A model generated the notes under the pieces. That model had not been told where the DNA came from, made no database searches, and saw only the letters and a list, made by a program, of their open reading frames with translations. From assembly GCA_963922375.1 (NCBI GenBank), contig CAWUJR010000001.1:1-45464 (forward strand): 45,464 nucleotides of DNA. Direction: 5' to 3'. Below, piece after piece: positions 35,815 to 44,849 of the stretch (position 1 is its first letter; the number at the start of each line of letters is the position of its first letter). The DNA comes from an uncultured Robbsia sp. (lineage in GTDB: Bacteria; Pseudomonadota; Gammaproteobacteria; Burkholderiales; Burkholderiaceae). A program made the position numbers and the translations under genes.

Positions 35815-36962
35815 AGCTGACAACGAAGCTACTCGGGTACCTCAACAGCGTCTTCAACAAGAGCCCAGATCAATATCTGGCGCTTTCAATCGAGTACAGC
35901 GGCACATCGATGACCTGGACGGTCGCCGACGGTACGCTGACGACATCAGTGGTAGACGGGGAGGGCGCCGGGCTCTCTATCGACCTCTCCGGTTACACGA
36001 TGGCTGGCTTGGTCGCATATCTGGCTGCGCAGCCGGGCTACGTCACAACATATCTAAATGCCGACTACGGCAATACCTCGGCGTTGGCGCTGCTCGACGC
36101 AACAGGGACCTATTCTGCGAGCGATACTGAGGGCGGCGACCTTTATGCGTTTTCCAGCGCCCTTTGGGTGTATATGGACGCGACCGCTGCGGAGTTGAAG
36201 ACTGCGCAGAACGCGATCAACACGCTGCCCGCCCAGATGGTAACCGGCACCGCCGAGTCTGCCTGGCTCGACTTGCTCGGCACCTACTACAACGTCCCCC
36301 GCAACGCGAACGAGACCGACACCTCCTACGGGCCACGCATCGTCGCGACCGTCATCCGGCCAGCAGCGAACAACGTCGCCATCGAGATGGCGATCGAGGA
36401 ATGGACAGGGCAGACCGCGACCGTTACAGACGTCGTCACCCGAGGCGTTACCGGAAATGTCTACAATTCGCAGCACGAATACGACGGCTCCATCAAGCAC
36501 GACGCGGTGAGCACGAACGTCTACGGACTGTTCGACGTTGATTACGCGTACGACTTAATCAACGGTGGATCGGTGGCCCAGTTTCAAGCTGTGGTCACAG
36601 CGCTGGTCAACGCCCTACGAGCGGCCGGCACCCATATGCGCTCCCTGTCGCTCACAGGCTCTGCTCTCACGGATACCTTCACCGCGCCCACGGAGGCCGA
36701 CGCTGGTCAGGATTTGGCCCTCCAGGCTGCCTGGACGGATCAGGCAAGCGCGCCGACCGATACCACGCCGCCCATGGCGCTTGCGGTCGCGCAAATGTCG
36801 GATTCCCTCACGCCACCCGAGGATGGCGCAGAGCTCGTCATCACCTCGAATTTCACCCACAGCGGCCTTCGTAGCTACAACGGTCTGATCACCTATCGCG
36901 GCGCGTCCTCCTCCACGGAAGTCCTGACGGCCGGAGAGACGGAAACGGTCGCTATGTCATAG
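35811..36962 (+). CDS. Baseplate wedge protein (gpI-like, putative)
   Basis: TA...WLD.LG.YY.VPR...E.D..Y..RI motif; follows J. Confidence 0.72.
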   Translation: MKLTTKLLGYLNSVFNKSPDQYLALSIEYSGTSMTWTVADGTLTTSVVDGEGAGLSIDLSGYTMAGLVAYLAAQPGYVTTYLNADYGNTSALALLDATGTYSASDTEGGDLYAFSSALWVYMDATAAELKTAQNAINTLPAQMVTGTAESAWLDLLGTYYNVPRNANETDTSYGPRIVATVIRPAANNVAIEMAIEEWTGQTATVTDVVTRGVTGNVYNSQHEYDGSIKHDAVSTNVYGLFDVDYAYDLINGGSVAQFQAVVTALVNALRAAGTHMRSLSLTGSALTDTFTAPTEADAGQDLALQAAWTDQASAPTDTTPPMALAVAQMSDSLTPPEDGAELVITSNFTHSGLRSYNGLITYRGASSSTEVLTAGETETVAMS

Positions 36963-37020
36963 CGCGCCACTACTCATTGCGATTTCCGCGCCGGTGGAGC
37001 GCAAATCGCCTGCCCGCGCT

Positions 37021-37036
37021 GTCGTGACGCGAGCCT
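37021..37036 (+). promoter_or_regulatory. Putative late promoter element
   Basis: GTCGTGA-CGC-GAGCCT; +1 is G37043. Confidence 0.75.
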
Positions 37037-37070
37037 CAATCGGGTGATTTCACCCATTGGGAGGCCATTC

Positions 37071-37520
37071 ATGTTGCATCTGAAAGACACCGGGAACCGT
37101 CCGAAGCGCGGCCGTTTTCATCTTGAAATTCGTCGATCCGGTCAACTGATCGAGGTCATCGACGAAGAGAATCTGATCGTTGACGTATCGAAGTACCTGC
37201 ACGCCCAGTTGCTTGGCGGAGCAGTGACCAATAACAGCGTTACCACCATCGGATTCGGCACGAACTTGACCACGCCGGCAGCCGGCAACACGACGCTGAC
37301 AGGAGCCTTCACCAAGGCCGTAGACGGGGTGACTTATCCAGCTACGAACGAGGTTTGCTTTGCATTTTCCTTGTTATCCACGGAAGCGAACGGTATCGCC
37401 ATAGGGGAATTCGGATTGCTCACCGGCGGCGGCTCACTCTATGCCCGGAAGGTGCGCGCCGCCGCGTTGCCGAAAGAGAGCGACCTCAGTCTTTCTGGGA
37501 CGTGGATTATCGAGTTTTGA
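37071..37520 (+). CDS. Tail-collar / fibre attachment protein (putative)
   Basis: EANG.AI.EFGLLT..G.LYARKVR; GGGAGG RBS before ATG 37071. Confidence 0.68.
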   Translation: MLHLKDTGNRPKRGRFHLEIRRSGQLIEVIDEENLIVDVSKYLHAQLLGGAVTNNSVTTIGFGTNLTTPAAGNTTLTGAFTKAVDGVTYPATNEVCFAFSLLSTEANGIAIGEFGLLTGGGSLYARKVRAAALPKESDLSLSGTWIIEF

Positions 37521-37536
37521 GTCGTGACGCCAATCT
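37521..37536 (+). promoter_or_regulatory. Putative late promoter element (fibre operon)
   Basis: GTCGTGA-CGC-CAATCT immediately after the upstream stop; +1 is A37543. Confidence 0.8.
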
Positions 37537-37560
37537 GCCCTTATCGAATGGGGGTTCAAA

Positions 37561-39825
37561 TTGGCGACACAACCGGAAACCGGTGTCTGGGAAGACACCA
37601 TTTATGAGATAGCCACCGACGATCCGGTCGAGGGCGGCGAGGGCGGCATTTCCAATTCGCCGCTGTTGCAACTCGCGAATCGTACGGGCTGGCTCTACGC
37701 GCAACTCAACGAGCTGATCGACGGCACGACGATTCCGTCTACCGTCGCTCCACTCAATAGTCCGACGTTCACCGGTACGGTTAAAGCACCGACTCCCGCG
37801 CGCGGTGACAATTCGACAACCGTATCCACAACGGCCTTCGTTCAGAACACCGTCTATGGCGTGCTCACACTGAGCGTCGCCGGCGCGGCTAACGTCACTT
37901 TGACCGCTATCCAAGCGGGAAATGGGACGCTCATCTTCACCGGTGCGCTGACGGCGAGTATTGCCGTGATCGTTCCTGCGACAGCGAAGCGCTGGATCGT
38001 TCAGAACTCGACCACTGGCGCCTACACGCTCACGGTTAAAACCGCGTCGGGCACCGGCGTCGCCGTAGCGCAAGGAAAAATCCGATCGGTTTGGTGTGAC
38101 GGCACGAACGTCCTTGCATCCCTGACCGACTTCCCGAGCGTGGCGCTCACCGGCTCGCCGACGGCCCCGACCGCTGCGGTGGGAGATCAGTCGACCGCGA
38201 TCGCGACGACCGCATTCGCGTATTCGCTGAAAAGCGGCGTCGTGACGGTGCCTGTTGGTGGCAACACCAACGTGACTCTCACGGCGGCACAGTACGGCGT
38301 CGGCATCATTCTCCTGACGGGGGTGCTAACCGGATCCATCGATGTCATCGTGCCCGCGCAGGGTGGCACCTACGTCATCGCAAACAACACCACGGGCGCG
38401 TATTCGCTGTATCTCGCCTCCGCTGGCGGCGGCTCGACGGCGCTCGTCCCGTCCGGCCAGTCTGTCGTTGCCTATTGCGATAGCACGAACGTTATTTTGG
38501 CCGGCGCCGCCGCGAACAGCTCGTTTACGAAGACCGCGTTCACCGCCACTGCTGGGCAGACCGACTTTGCCGTTTCCTACACGCCGGGAAACGTCCTGGT
38601 GATGGTAAATGGTGCCGTGCAGTCAGCGTACACGGCAACTGACGGCGCCAACGTCGTCATGTCGACCGGGCTACTCGCAGGAGACGAGGTAGTCGTCATC
38701 GCCTTCGCGTCTTTCACTGTCGCGAACGCACTTACGACGACCCAGGCAAGCTCACTTTATTCGCAAACAGCGACGTTTGGTACCGACGCGGGCACTGCGA
38801 CCGCTTACTCAGTCACGTTGACGCCGGCTCCTGCATCAATTCCTGACGGCTTCGTGGTTCGTTGGCGTGCCGCCACCACCAACACTGGGGCCAGCACCCT
38901 CTCGGTCAACAGCTCGAACGCATACGCTATCCAAGGTGCTGCACTTGCCGCATTGGCTGCAGGGGAGATAGTCGCTGGGGGCTATTATGAAGCAGCCTTC
39001 AACGCGAACACCTCTGTCTGGATCCTGAAAACGAATACAGCAGGCCCGTTGCAAGTAGCAACTCCGACAGCAGCAAACCATGCTGCGCAGTTGCAGCAGG
39101 TCGTTGGAAATGTAGGTGATGCGCGCAATCTCTCCGCGACGCTCTTAACTGCAGGCACGTCGCTAACGTACACCGCAGACAATCTGATCGTCAAAACTGC
39201 GCTAAATGGCCTGACGTATTGCATCCCCAGTCTGAATGCGAAGATTTTAAGCACAGCGACGGGCGCAGGCGGAATTTCTTCTAGCTCGACCATGCCCGCG
39301 AGTGGATTCCTTGCAATTTACGCGATCTACAACCCGACGACGGCTACGGCTGCATTGCTCGGTGTGAACGCAACAAGTGCAAAGGCGCCCGAAATCTGCG
39401 CTGCAACGATGCCGGCTGATTACACCGCGAGCGCGCTAATCGGTGTCTGGCCCACGACATCCGATTCTTATTTCAATATTGCGGATCAGGCCGGAAGGGT
39501 AGTTACGACCGGCCGGTCGGCCGTTATTAATACATCCACGTCTGCTTCGTCGCTAACGGCGGTATCGCTCGCTTCAGCTGCTCCGATAAATGCGAAATTC
39601 GGGTTCGGTGATTATTCAGCTACGGCAGCGGCTACTTCGTCGAACGTAACTCAGGCCCTTGCAGCCACCGCGTCCGGTATCGGCAATGTGTACCAGACGG
39701 CACTCTATTATGCTCAATGCGCTTGGCGGCTGCGTCTAATTACCCCACAGGTGCTCTATTACCTCGCGACCTCCACCGGCACCCTAGCCAGCTTTGTAAT
39801 CTACATTTGCGGGTACGAATTCTAA
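37561..39825 (+). CDS. Tail fibre protein
   Basis: N-terminal DPV.GG..GISN...QLANRT..L, SP.FTG...APT..GD.ST..TTAF repeats, two ~124-aa internal repeats, and a terminal ..GYEF. Confidence 0.9.
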   Translation: MATQPETGVWEDTIYEIATDDPVEGGEGGISNSPLLQLANRTGWLYAQLNELIDGTTIPSTVAPLNSPTFTGTVKAPTPARGDNSTTVSTTAFVQNTVYGVLTLSVAGAANVTLTAIQAGNGTLIFTGALTASIAVIVPATAKRWIVQNSTTGAYTLTVKTASGTGVAVAQGKIRSVWCDGTNVLASLTDFPSVALTGSPTAPTAAVGDQSTAIATTAFAYSLKSGVVTVPVGGNTNVTLTAAQYGVGIILLTGVLTGSIDVIVPAQGGTYVIANNTTGAYSLYLASAGGGSTALVPSGQSVVAYCDSTNVILAGAAANSSFTKTAFTATAGQTDFAVSYTPGNVLVMVNGAVQSAYTATDGANVVMSTGLLAGDEVVVIAFASFTVANALTTTQASSLYSQTATFGTDAGTATAYSVTLTPAPASIPDGFVVRWRAATTNTGASTLSVNSSNAYAIQGAALAALAAGEIVAGGYYEAAFNANTSVWILKTNTAGPLQVATPTAANHAAQLQQVVGNVGDARNLSATLLTAGTSLTYTADNLIVKTALNGLTYCIPSLNAKILSTATGAGGISSSSTMPASGFLAIYAIYNPTTATAALLGVNATSAKAPEICAATMPADYTASALIGVWPTTSDSYFNIADQAGRVVTTGRSAVINTSTSASSLTAVSLASAAPINAKFGFGDYSATAAATSSNVTQALAATASGIGNVYQTALYYAQCAWRLRLITPQVLYYLATSTGTLASFVIYICGYEF

Positions 39826-39826
39826 C

Positions 39827-40507
39827 GTGACTAAATACGTAAATTTCACCGACTCCGCGCAGACTGCAATCGATAGCGTTTTCAGTGCGCCTCAAGACGG
39901 GACCGTATGGCCGAACCAAGGCACGGTAGAGGATACCGACGCGCGCTATCTTGCGTTCACTGATCCCGCGTCTACGCTCGCTGGCGCGCAAGCAGTGCAG
40001 AACGCAGGCGTCCTGGCATCATTTGACGCCGCCTGTACCGACGGCTTTTCAAGTAGCGTTCTCGGCACGTCCTACACCTATCCGATGGACGCTGATGCGC
40101 GCGCAAACCTGACCGCCTCCTACTCGGATGGACTCGGTGTCAAGTTGACGGCGAGCGAGTGGGCAGCGTCGGCTGACTGGGCGCTCAACGATGAGATTGT
40201 AGTCGATGGCCAGTACTACCTCTGCACTACCCCCGGTACGAGTGGCACGACGGCGCCGACGTGGCCGACGACGGTCGGCACAGCCGTGACGGATGGCACT
40301 GCCGCATGGGAAATCTGGACGACGGCATTCAAGGCAACAAACGCCGCTGGCGTCGTTTCCTACCCCGCGCACACGGTCGCGCAAATCATCGCGCTTGGCC
40401 GGGCCGGGAAGCTGGCATACAGCACCCTCGACGGGAAGTACGGGACGCTCGTCGCAGAAATCGCCGCCGCGACGACTGTCGCGGCTGTTCAAGCTATCAC
40501 TTGGTAA
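39827..40507 (+). CDS. Tail fibre assembly / chaperone-like protein 1
   Basis: YV.FTD..D.RY..F, GF.SS.LG..Y.YP, HT.AQI and I.AATT.AAV.AITW motifs. Confidence 0.7.
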   Translation: MTKYVNFTDSAQTAIDSVFSAPQDGTVWPNQGTVEDTDARYLAFTDPASTLAGAQAVQNAGVLASFDAACTDGFSSSVLGTSYTYPMDADARANLTASYSDGLGVKLTASEWAASADWALNDEIVVDGQYYLCTTPGTSGTTAPTWPTTVGTAVTDGTAAWEIWTTAFKATNAAGVVSYPAHTVAQIIALGRAGKLAYSTLDGKYGTLVAEIAAATTVAAVQAITW

Positions 40508-40517
40508 TTGGGGATAT

Positions 40518-41384
40518 ATGAACCTTCCATTCAATCTCAGCCGACTAGCATCGCTGCTCACAGCGTTGTCCACAGGTGTAGTGACTATCAACACCGCCCC
40601 CGCGGTGAACGACAACAGCGCAGCAATCCCTAGTACAGCTTGGGTTGGAGCGCAGATCACTGCCTGCGTAGGCGATTCGCGAAACCTTACGGCGACGCTG
40701 ACGTCTGCTGGTACGTCTCTGACATACACAGCTGACAACGTCATTGTGAAAACCTCGCTCGGCGGAATCACCTACTGCATTGCAAATCTCAACGCGACAA
40801 TTGTTAGCACGGCTGCAGGTGCGGGTGGGATCTCATCCAGCTCAACAATGCCAGCGAGCGGCTACCTAGCCATCTACGCGATCTATAACCCGACGACCCA
40901 AGCTTCTACGGTCGTTGGTGTAAATGCGACCAGTACAATCGCACCCGAGATCTGTGCAGCGACAATGCCTGCGGGTTACACAGCCAGTGCGTTGATTGGC
41001 GTCTGGCCGACGAATTCCTCAAGTCAATTTTCCCCGGGGTACCAGACTGGTCGCGCCCTGAATATCCCACAGCTTACTGCCCTCTCTGCGTCTTCCTCAT
41101 CTGGTTCATACGTCGCGGTGAGCATCGCGGGCGCTGTACCTATGAATGCAAAGAGTTGCTACGGGTATGGGCAAGCTGGCCTTACTACCGCTGCGCTCGT
41201 GCAATGGGCTGTTGCTGCCTCATCTACCGGAATCGGATGGCAGAGCAGTGAAAACGGTACGGCAAACACCTCTGGTGGAGGAAATTTTCACGTGCCGATC
41301 TTGACCGCTCAGACGGTCTACTGGTGGGCGACCTCATCGAACCTGTCGTACTTCTACCTTACGATATCGGGGTATTCATTTTGA
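40518..41384 (+). CDS. Short secondary tail fibre (paralogue of the fibre tip)
   Basis: 92/115 aa identical to the fibre segment at 39112-39456; own GGGGA RBS and ATG; ends ..GYSF. Confidence 0.8.
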   Translation: MNLPFNLSRLASLLTALSTGVVTINTAPAVNDNSAAIPSTAWVGAQITACVGDSRNLTATLTSAGTSLTYTADNVIVKTSLGGITYCIANLNATIVSTAAGAGGISSSSTMPASGYLAIYAIYNPTTQASTVVGVNATSTIAPEICAATMPAGYTASALIGVWPTNSSSQFSPGYQTGRALNIPQLTALSASSSSGSYVAVSIAGAVPMNAKSCYGYGQAGLTTAALVQWAVAASSTGIGWQSSENGTANTSGGGNFHVPILTAQTVYWWATSSNLSYFYLTISGYSF

Positions 41385-42058
41385 TTTACGTTGCCTACAC
41401 AGACTCCACGGAAACGACGGTTTCCACCCTTTTCAGTTGTGCACAAGACAAAACGGGTTATCCGTATCAGGGGACGATCGAAGACTCGGACCCACGGTAC
41501 CTAGCATTTGTGAACCCAGCATCCACGCTCACTGGGGCGCAGGAAGTGCAAACCGCAACCGTCTCTGCTGCCTGCGAAGCCGCGATCACTGCAGGAATAT
41601 CTTCAGCAGCACTCGGAACAGCGCACACCTACCCGTCAGCGTTAACCGACCAGCAGAACCTGGATGCTTCTGTCACGGATGCACTGTGCGCAAAAGCTGA
41701 TCCTGTATGGTCAGGTTCGACCGCTGTGGATGCGGGAGCGATCAACGTGATATCCGACGTTCCATGCCTGTGTGTGGTAGGAGGAACGACGGGAACGACG
41801 GCGCCGAGCCTGCCCACGTCAACCACCACAATTATTGATGATGGTACCGCGCAATGGCAGCTGTGGTCGACCATGTTCTGGTGTGAAGACAGCTCCGGTA
41901 CGTGGGCGTGGGCTTCACACAGCGCGGCGCAGATCGTCCAGGCTGGCCGAGACATCAAAGCCGTGATCATGGCCTATCGGACCAAGAACGCCACGCTGGC
42001 CGCGCAGATTGCCGCTGCGACGACGGTCGCTGATGTGGAGGCGATAACCTGGTCATGA
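41381..42058 (+). CDS. Tail fibre assembly / chaperone-like protein 2
   Basis: Colinear paralogue of 39827-40507; TTG start overlaps the upstream TGA. Confidence 0.7.
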   Translation: MIYVAYTDSTETTVSTLFSCAQDKTGYPYQGTIEDSDPRYLAFVNPASTLTGAQEVQTATVSAACEAAITAGISSAALGTAHTYPSALTDQQNLDASVTDALCAKADPVWSGSTAVDAGAINVISDVPCLCVVGGTTGTTAPSLPTSTTTIIDDGTAQWQLWSTMFWCEDSSGTWAWASHSAAQIVQAGRDIKAVIMAYRTKNATLAAQIAAATTVADVEAITWS

Positions 42059-42501
42059 AATTCGCCTTTTACAAAGCGCCTGGCAGCTTTTTCGACAAGC
42101 TCATTCGCTTCTGGATGCATGGCCCATACGCCCACGTCGAGGTGATCCTCGAGGCAGAGGAGGGAGGCACCTATACGATCGCGTCTTCCGTTCCTGGTGT
42201 CGGTGTGCGTATCGCCTCCGGGCAGAGGCTTCCCGCAAGCGACTGGGACATATTCGACGGGCCCGGAGACGCGGTCGCAGCTCGTGCCTGGTTCGAGGCG
42301 CGTGTCGGCAAATCCTACGACTATCTCGGGCTTTTCCATTTCATCGTCGAACCAGCGGCATTCGAGTCGAAGGACAAATACTTTTGCTCCGAAGCCTGCC
42401 TGCTATCGATCGGATATGAAGGCGCGTGGCGCGAAGATCCGAATAGCATGGCCAGTCTGATCCGATATGTGGGATCTCTAGACTTGCAAATCGCTGCATA
42501 G
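42055..42501 (+). CDS. Permuted papain-like (YiiX/YebB-type NlpC/P60) enzyme
   Basis: GPYAHVE..GKSYDYLG..KYFCSE, with His preceding Cys. Confidence 0.72.
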   Translation: MKFAFYKAPGSFFDKLIRFWMHGPYAHVEVILEAEEGGTYTIASSVPGVGVRIASGQRLPASDWDIFDGPGDAVAARAWFEARVGKSYDYLGLFHFIVEPAAFESKDKYFCSEACLLSIGYEGAWREDPNSMASLIRYVGSLDLQIAA

Positions 42502-42517
42502 CCAGCACTCCCTCCCT

Positions 42518-42548
42518 AAAAAAGGCCGCTTTTCCAAGCGGCTTTTTT
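42518..42548. terminator. Rho-independent terminator (bidirectional geometry)
   Basis: AAAAAA-g-GCCGCTT-ttcc-AAGCGGC-TTTTTT. Confidence 0.85.
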
Positions 42549-42554
42549 CGTTCA

Positions 42555-42570
42555 GTCGTGACAACACAAT
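42555..42570 (+). promoter_or_regulatory. Putative late promoter element (lysis cassette)
   Basis: GTCGTGA-CAA-CACAAT; +1 is A42577; just after the terminator. Confidence 0.78.
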
Positions 42571-42614
42571 TCTCCTAAGCCACGGCAAGCCGCCGGGCAT
42601 CTACGAGATAGGAC

Positions 42615-42923
42615 ATGAATTCATCGGACGTTTTTCAGACCCTCAGCGAATTCGCGTGCTTGGGTCTTACGGGCTTCGCGGCCGTCCTTTGGTTCATCGT
42701 ACGCGCGGTCCGACAAGATGCTCGCGATGCGCTGGCTCAGCTCGCAGCATATAAGACGCATGTGGCCGAAACGTACGTAACCGAAGCAGGCATGACGAAA
42801 GCCATCGCCAATTTGGACACCACCATTCAACGTCTAATCGACGCCGTAAATTCCAGTTCGAAGGAAACGCGGGACGCATTCGTCGAACTGTCCCGGCGCA
42901 TCGACGGCAAGGCGGACAAGTGA
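42615..42923 (+). CDS. Single-TM coiled-coil lysis protein (holin or antiholin candidate)
   Basis: One N-terminal hydrophobic helix and a coiled-coil tail ending RIDGKADK; first gene of the lysis cassette. Confidence 0.6.
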   Translation: MNSSDVFQTLSEFACLGLTGFAAVLWFIVRAVRQDARDALAQLAAYKTHVAETYVTEAGMTKAIANLDTTIQRLIDAVNSSSKETRDAFVELSRRIDGKADK

Positions 42924-43465
42924 TGAACGACTACAACCTGACACTCGACGATCTTTCGCTGACAGAGAAGTCCGAGCAATGCGTCCTGAATGCCTATCCG
43001 GATCCGGCGTCCCCACTGGCAAAAACGCTTATCCAGCAAGGAAAGTGGCAAGGCGTCCTACGCGGAAACCCGATCGACGCGTCGCTTCTGGCGCTCTCGG
43101 GTGCCCCCTGGACGATCGGCTGGGGTCACACCGGCTCTGCCGTGCATTACGGCCTGGCTTGGACACAAGCGCAGGCAGACACGCAGCTCCTGGCAGACAT
43201 GGCTTCGGCGCAAACGACCGTCCGTTCGGCGGTAAAAGTCTCGATCACCTTTAACGAATTCGTCGCGCTGTGCGACTTCGTTTTCAACGTTGGCGCGGCC
43301 GCATTCGTCGGCTCGACCCTCCTGCGCAAGCTTAACTCCGGAGATACCTCCGAGGCCGGTCAGGAGTTCGCACGCTGGAATATCGCCGGCGGGATAGTGC
43401 TACGCGGCCTAGTGACACGCAGAGCCAACGAGGCGGCTCTGTTCGCCACCCCGGACGCCGCCTGA
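42920..43465 (+). CDS. Endolysin, GH24 lysozyme
   Basis: E-x8-D (EQCVLNAYPD), WTIGWGHT, ALCDFVFNVG, STLLRKLN and GLVTRR..E..LF motifs. Confidence 0.92.
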   Translation: MMNDYNLTLDDLSLTEKSEQCVLNAYPDPASPLAKTLIQQGKWQGVLRGNPIDASLLALSGAPWTIGWGHTGSAVHYGLAWTQAQADTQLLADMASAQTTVRSAVKVSITFNEFVALCDFVFNVGAAAFVGSTLLRKLNSGDTSEAGQEFARWNIAGGIVLRGLVTRRANEAALFATPDAA

Positions 43466-43719
43466 TGTTCCGCGCATGCCGGCGGCTTATCAAAGACTGC
43501 CTGACCGAAAACAACGGGCGATCGTACTGCCCCGTGCGCGTCGGCATCGCGGCGTTGTCAGTTGGTGGCATTCCTACGTTCGTCGGCTGCACGGTCTGGT
43601 CCGTTATTCACGACGGGCATTGGGACCCAGTGCAATTTGGCGCCGCCTTCTGTGCGATCGCATCGGGGCTCGCGGCCGCGGGCGGCGGCATTGCGATGAA
43701 AGCCAAGACTGACACTTGA
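43465..43719 (+). CDS. Holin candidate (two TM segments)
   Basis: 84 aa with two hydrophobic segments and a charged C terminus; coupled to the endolysin. Confidence 0.55.
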   Translation: MFRACRRLIKDCLTENNGRSYCPVRVGIAALSVGGIPTFVGCTVWSVIHDGHWDPVQFGAAFCAIASGLAAAGGGIAMKAKTDT

Positions 43720-43732
43720 GAGGAGGAAGTTG

Positions 43733-44272
43733 ATGTTCACATTGTTGCTGGGTTTCGCGAAGTTTCTATTGGAGCACGTCGGCATTCTGTCGGCGGTCTT
43801 CGGCGGGGGCGGCGGAGTGCTGTTCGTCGCGCTGCGCCTGGTGGGCGGTGCCGCTTCGGCGGTGAAGTACTGGAAAGTTTTTTTGATTGCGGCGGTCGGT
43901 GTGCTCCTGTTGGTGTGTGTCGGAGGTCTTTGGTGGCGATATCGAGAGGTGCATACGCAACTCCTCGCTGCACAGCAAAGGCTAGATAAATTGACAGGCC
44001 AATACACCACGGTCCTTGCGCAGAACCAGACGTTGAGCTCGAGCAACTTCAACCTCGCTGCAAAGATCGCGTTGCAATCAGCGGCGAACACGCTCGTCGC
44101 ACAAGAGTCGCAGTCGGCGCTCGGCGCCATGTCCATCGCTTTGGCGACGCTGCAGTCATCGCAAAAATCGAACGTCGACGAAATTACAAAGCTCCGCGCA
44201 CGCGCCGCGGACCCGAAAAACGCTGATCGGAGTTGTGAAGATGAAATCTCTGCTATTCGCGCTGGCCTGTAG
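43733..44272 (+). CDS. Inner-membrane spanin (Rz-like)
   Basis: N-terminal TM segments plus a long coiled coil; overlaps the lipoprotein gene; AGGAGG RBS. Confidence 0.7.
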   Translation: MFTLLLGFAKFLLEHVGILSAVFGGGGGVLFVALRLVGGAASAVKYWKVFLIAAVGVLLLVCVGGLWWRYREVHTQLLAAQQRLDKLTGQYTTVLAQNQTLSSSNFNLAAKIALQSAANTLVAQESQSALGAMSIALATLQSSQKSNVDEITKLRARAADPKNADRSCEDEISAIRAGL

Positions 44273-44612
44273 CCTCGCGCTCACCAATTGCTTGTCCGCA
44301 TGTGGTGAGCTCGCCGCCGCGCCGCCGGCACCCCCGGTGATGGACGTAAAAACCGTCGACGTGAAAATCCAGACGCCTGTCCCGTGTGTGAAGAATCGAC
44401 CCGTGCCGCCGGCTGCAGTGTCAGACCGTGACTTGCTCACGGGTTCCGGGGCTCAGGTGTTTGATAAGACGTGGGCGGACCACATCGAAAAGGGCGATTA
44501 CATCGCCCAGCTCGAGACAATCGTCTCCGGGTGCGCTGCGCTTCCAGCCGCCGCCGCGGCCGGAGCGTCGGCAACGTCAGCGTCGACGAAATTGTCGGGT
44601 ACGGGCTTCTGA
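44241..44612 (+). CDS. Outer-membrane spanin lipoprotein (Rz1-like)
   Basis: Signal peptide with lipobox LSA-C, Pro-rich segment, PVPC motif and a second distal Cys. Confidence 0.78.
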   Translation: MKSLLFALACSLALTNCLSACGELAAAPPAPPVMDVKTVDVKIQTPVPCVKNRPVPPAAVSDRDLLTGSGAQVFDKTWADHIEKGDYIAQLETIVSGCAALPAAAAAGASATSASTKLSGTGF

Positions 44613-44819
44613 CGCTGCCTGGCAACCAGTGCAGAGCGCTTTACCCATCGCGCGACGCTCCACTGGCATATCCGCATCGCAATCGGCGCACTCCGCAGGG
44701 CCGTAGCCCGCGTCAGTCGGTTCGAACGTCGGCTGGGGCGTGCGAGGGCGGTTATTACGAGCCCAATCTGCCGCTTCGATTTCCTGGGCCAAGTCTTCCA
44801 TGCTCATGATCAATACCAT
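44577..44819 (-). CDS. TraR/DksA-family C4 zinc-finger protein
   Basis: EDLAQ.IE..CADC...MP.ERRA..LCTGCQ. Start is 44819 or 44807. Confidence 0.85.
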   Translation of the reverse strand: MVLIMSMEDLAQEIEAADWARNNRPRTPQPTFEPTDAGYGPAECADCDADMPVERRAMGKALCTGCQAASEARTRQFRRR

Positions 44820-44849
44820 CTCGTCGATTCCCCTTGCGGGTATGACAAG

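Noticed and set aside
38239-38254. GTCGTGAC core inside the tail fibre gene
   Set aside because: The following hexamer TGCCTG lacks both -11A and -7T, and the site is explained by Val-Val-Thr codons.
39112-41384. Possible diversity-generating retroelement or invertible (Gin/Cin-type) fibre switch
   Set aside because: No reverse transcriptase or invertase is in the window, the copies are in direct orientation, and the differences are largely synonymous and not adenine-specific.
22901-42058. Tailocin or extracellular contractile injection system
   Set aside because: Terminase, portal, protease and capsid genes are present and intact, so this is a phage.
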